Below are positions 33,858 through 35,685 of a stretch of 35,685 nucleotides of DNA, piece by piece. The stretch covers positions 1-35,685 of the forward strand of contig NW_021828077.1 in assembly GCF_006345805.1 (NCBI RefSeq), read 5' to 3'. Origin of the DNA: Octopus sinensis (lineage: Eukaryota). Made by a program: the position numbers and the translations under genes. Below the pieces are notes generated by a model that had not been told where the DNA came from, searched no databases, and was given only the letters and a program-made list of their open reading frames with translations. Positions within the stretch are counted from its first letter, which is position 1. Each line of letters starts with the position of its first letter.

Positions 33858-35685
33858 AAAGGAAAGCATGGCCATGCAGTCTAACCCGAGAAATTCTCAG
33901 AATCTTTCCAGCTTGAACTTCCATAAGGCAAACTGGAAACAAATTGAGAAAGAGATCCTCAAACAAAATTGGCCTGAATGTCTCTCCTCGTCAGACATCG
34001 ACATGAAACTTCAACAATTCATGTCTGTAATGCAAGCCATATGCTACAAATGTGTCCCAGAGAGAAAGGCCACTGTACACAAGAACAAAATCCTCAGAGA
34101 GAAGAAAATTTTAATGAGACGGCGTACAAAAGTTTCAAATCGCCTAAACAAACAAATTGAAAGCAGTGAAAAGTCCCGCCTGAAAATAAAACTGTTGGAA
34201 ATTGAAAAATGTCTGCAACCCTCCCATGAAAAAGAAAGAGCAGACAAAGAAGCCTGGGCTATAGCAACATAAAATCTAACCCCAAGCTTTCTACAAGTAT
34301 GCTAAAGAAACAGCTACGGTGTGCACTGTAGGATAAGCCACTCCTTGAAAAGGATGGCACACTCACAGGAATCCAATGAGGATAAGTGAAATACTAAATG
34401 AGCAATTCAGAGTGTTTTCACTCCACCCCTAGGGCATTTTCAAGTCAGCATCCAACTGACTTCTTTACCACTGCAGATATAAAATCAGAGGCAGCGATGA
34501 TTGATACATCAATATAAAGGAAGACGATGTGATAAAGGCTATAGATGAAATGAAAACAAACTCAGCTACTGGCCCCGATGGATTTCCAGCAATCCTTCTA
34601 AAAGTATGTAAGAGAGTCCTAGCAAGACCACTGCAGTTCCTCTTTCAGAGCTTCCTTGCAACCGGCAAACTTCCAAGAAAACTGAAGGAAGGTAAAATAT
34701 GCCCTATTCATAAAGGAGGTAGCAGAGCGGAGGCCAAGAACTACAGACCTATCTCTCTGACATCACACATCAGCAAGGTCATGGAACGAATAGTCAGAAG
34801 GAAACTAATCACCTTCCTTGAAGAAAATGACTTGCTGCCTGACACCTAACATGGTTTCCGACGATCACAAGTTATGCAGATGATACAAAAGTTTGACAGA
34901 ACCCTGAAGACACTATGCACCTGCAATGTGAGCTGGACAAAATATACAAGTGGGCTGAAAAGAATAGCATGTAGTTTAATGCTGAAAAGTTTCAAGCTTT
35001 ATGCTATCAGCATGCAAAACTAAATGCAATACCCAATAAATACAGTGGACCTGGAGGGATTGCAATCCCAGAGGTACAATCAGTGCGAGACCTGGGTATT
35101 TACATGAGTGATGATGCAACCTTTCATGTGCATGTTGCTAAATTGGCAATGAAATGTAGGCGGCTGACCGGATGGATTCTTAGAACATTTAGAACAAGAG
35201 ACCAGGAAACCATGATGGTCCTCTGGAGGACACTTGTCCTAAGCCACTTAACTATTGCTCTCAGCTATGGTCACCATCCAGTGTCAAGTTAATCACAGAA
35301 CTTGAGGCGATCCAACGAAGCTAACGAAGAAGATAGCCTCTGTGCAGCATATAAGCTACTGGAAAGACTCAAGAGATTAAGACTCTATTCCTTAGAGCGT
35401 AGGCGAGAAAGATATGCCATAAAATACATCTGGAAGATCCTAGAAGGACTTGTCCCAAACTTTGGCATCGAGAGTTACACAAATACTAGAACTGGGCGCC
35501 ACTGCATAGTGCCAAGGACTCCAAATTTGCCATCAAGATGTAGGACAAGATACTGTGATAGCCTGGGCTTCAGAGGCCCACAGCTCTTCAATATCCTCCC
35601 GAAGAACCTGAGAGACCTGCATGGGGTGGATGCAGTTGTGTTTAAAATAAACTGGATCTCTTCCTGTCAGGTGTCCAAGATGAAC
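33858..35685 (+). mobile_element. CR1/L2-superfamily LINE pseudogene, 5'-truncated and internally deleted
   Basis: LNFHKANW, SATGPDGFPAILLK, NYRPISLTSHISKVMERIV, *HGFR, YADD (34873), RDLGIYMS, SLERRRERY; many stops; runs off the window end. Confidence 0.93.

Overview
AT-rich, microsatellite-saturated eukaryotic DNA. The SINE families and repeat density look like an octopod/coleoid cephalopod (recognition from memory, not a database hit). There is no intact protein-coding gene, rRNA, true tRNA or CRISPR array, and nearly all supplied ORFs are microsatellite read-throughs. The window is mostly decayed mobile DNA: CR1/L2-type, RTE-type and R4/Dong-type LINE fragments, a Penelope-like GIY-YIG relic, mariner and Tc1 relics, MITE/foldback elements and many tRNA-derived SINEs. 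The most striking signal is about ten hammerhead-ribozyme-like cores from several unrelated repeat families, all with a self-complementary, essentially loop-less helix III (dimer-type). One has an intact core (12112-12206), one sits inside a TIR-like hairpin (3902-4028), and two bracket a ~960-nt non-coding unit (31490-32449). Other highlights: a stack of R4/Dong retroelements separated by (TAA)n tracts (22662-28130), a ~1-kb tandem duplication with template-switch scars, and a speculative chain of phase-compatible + strand exons. All alignments and folds were done by eye.
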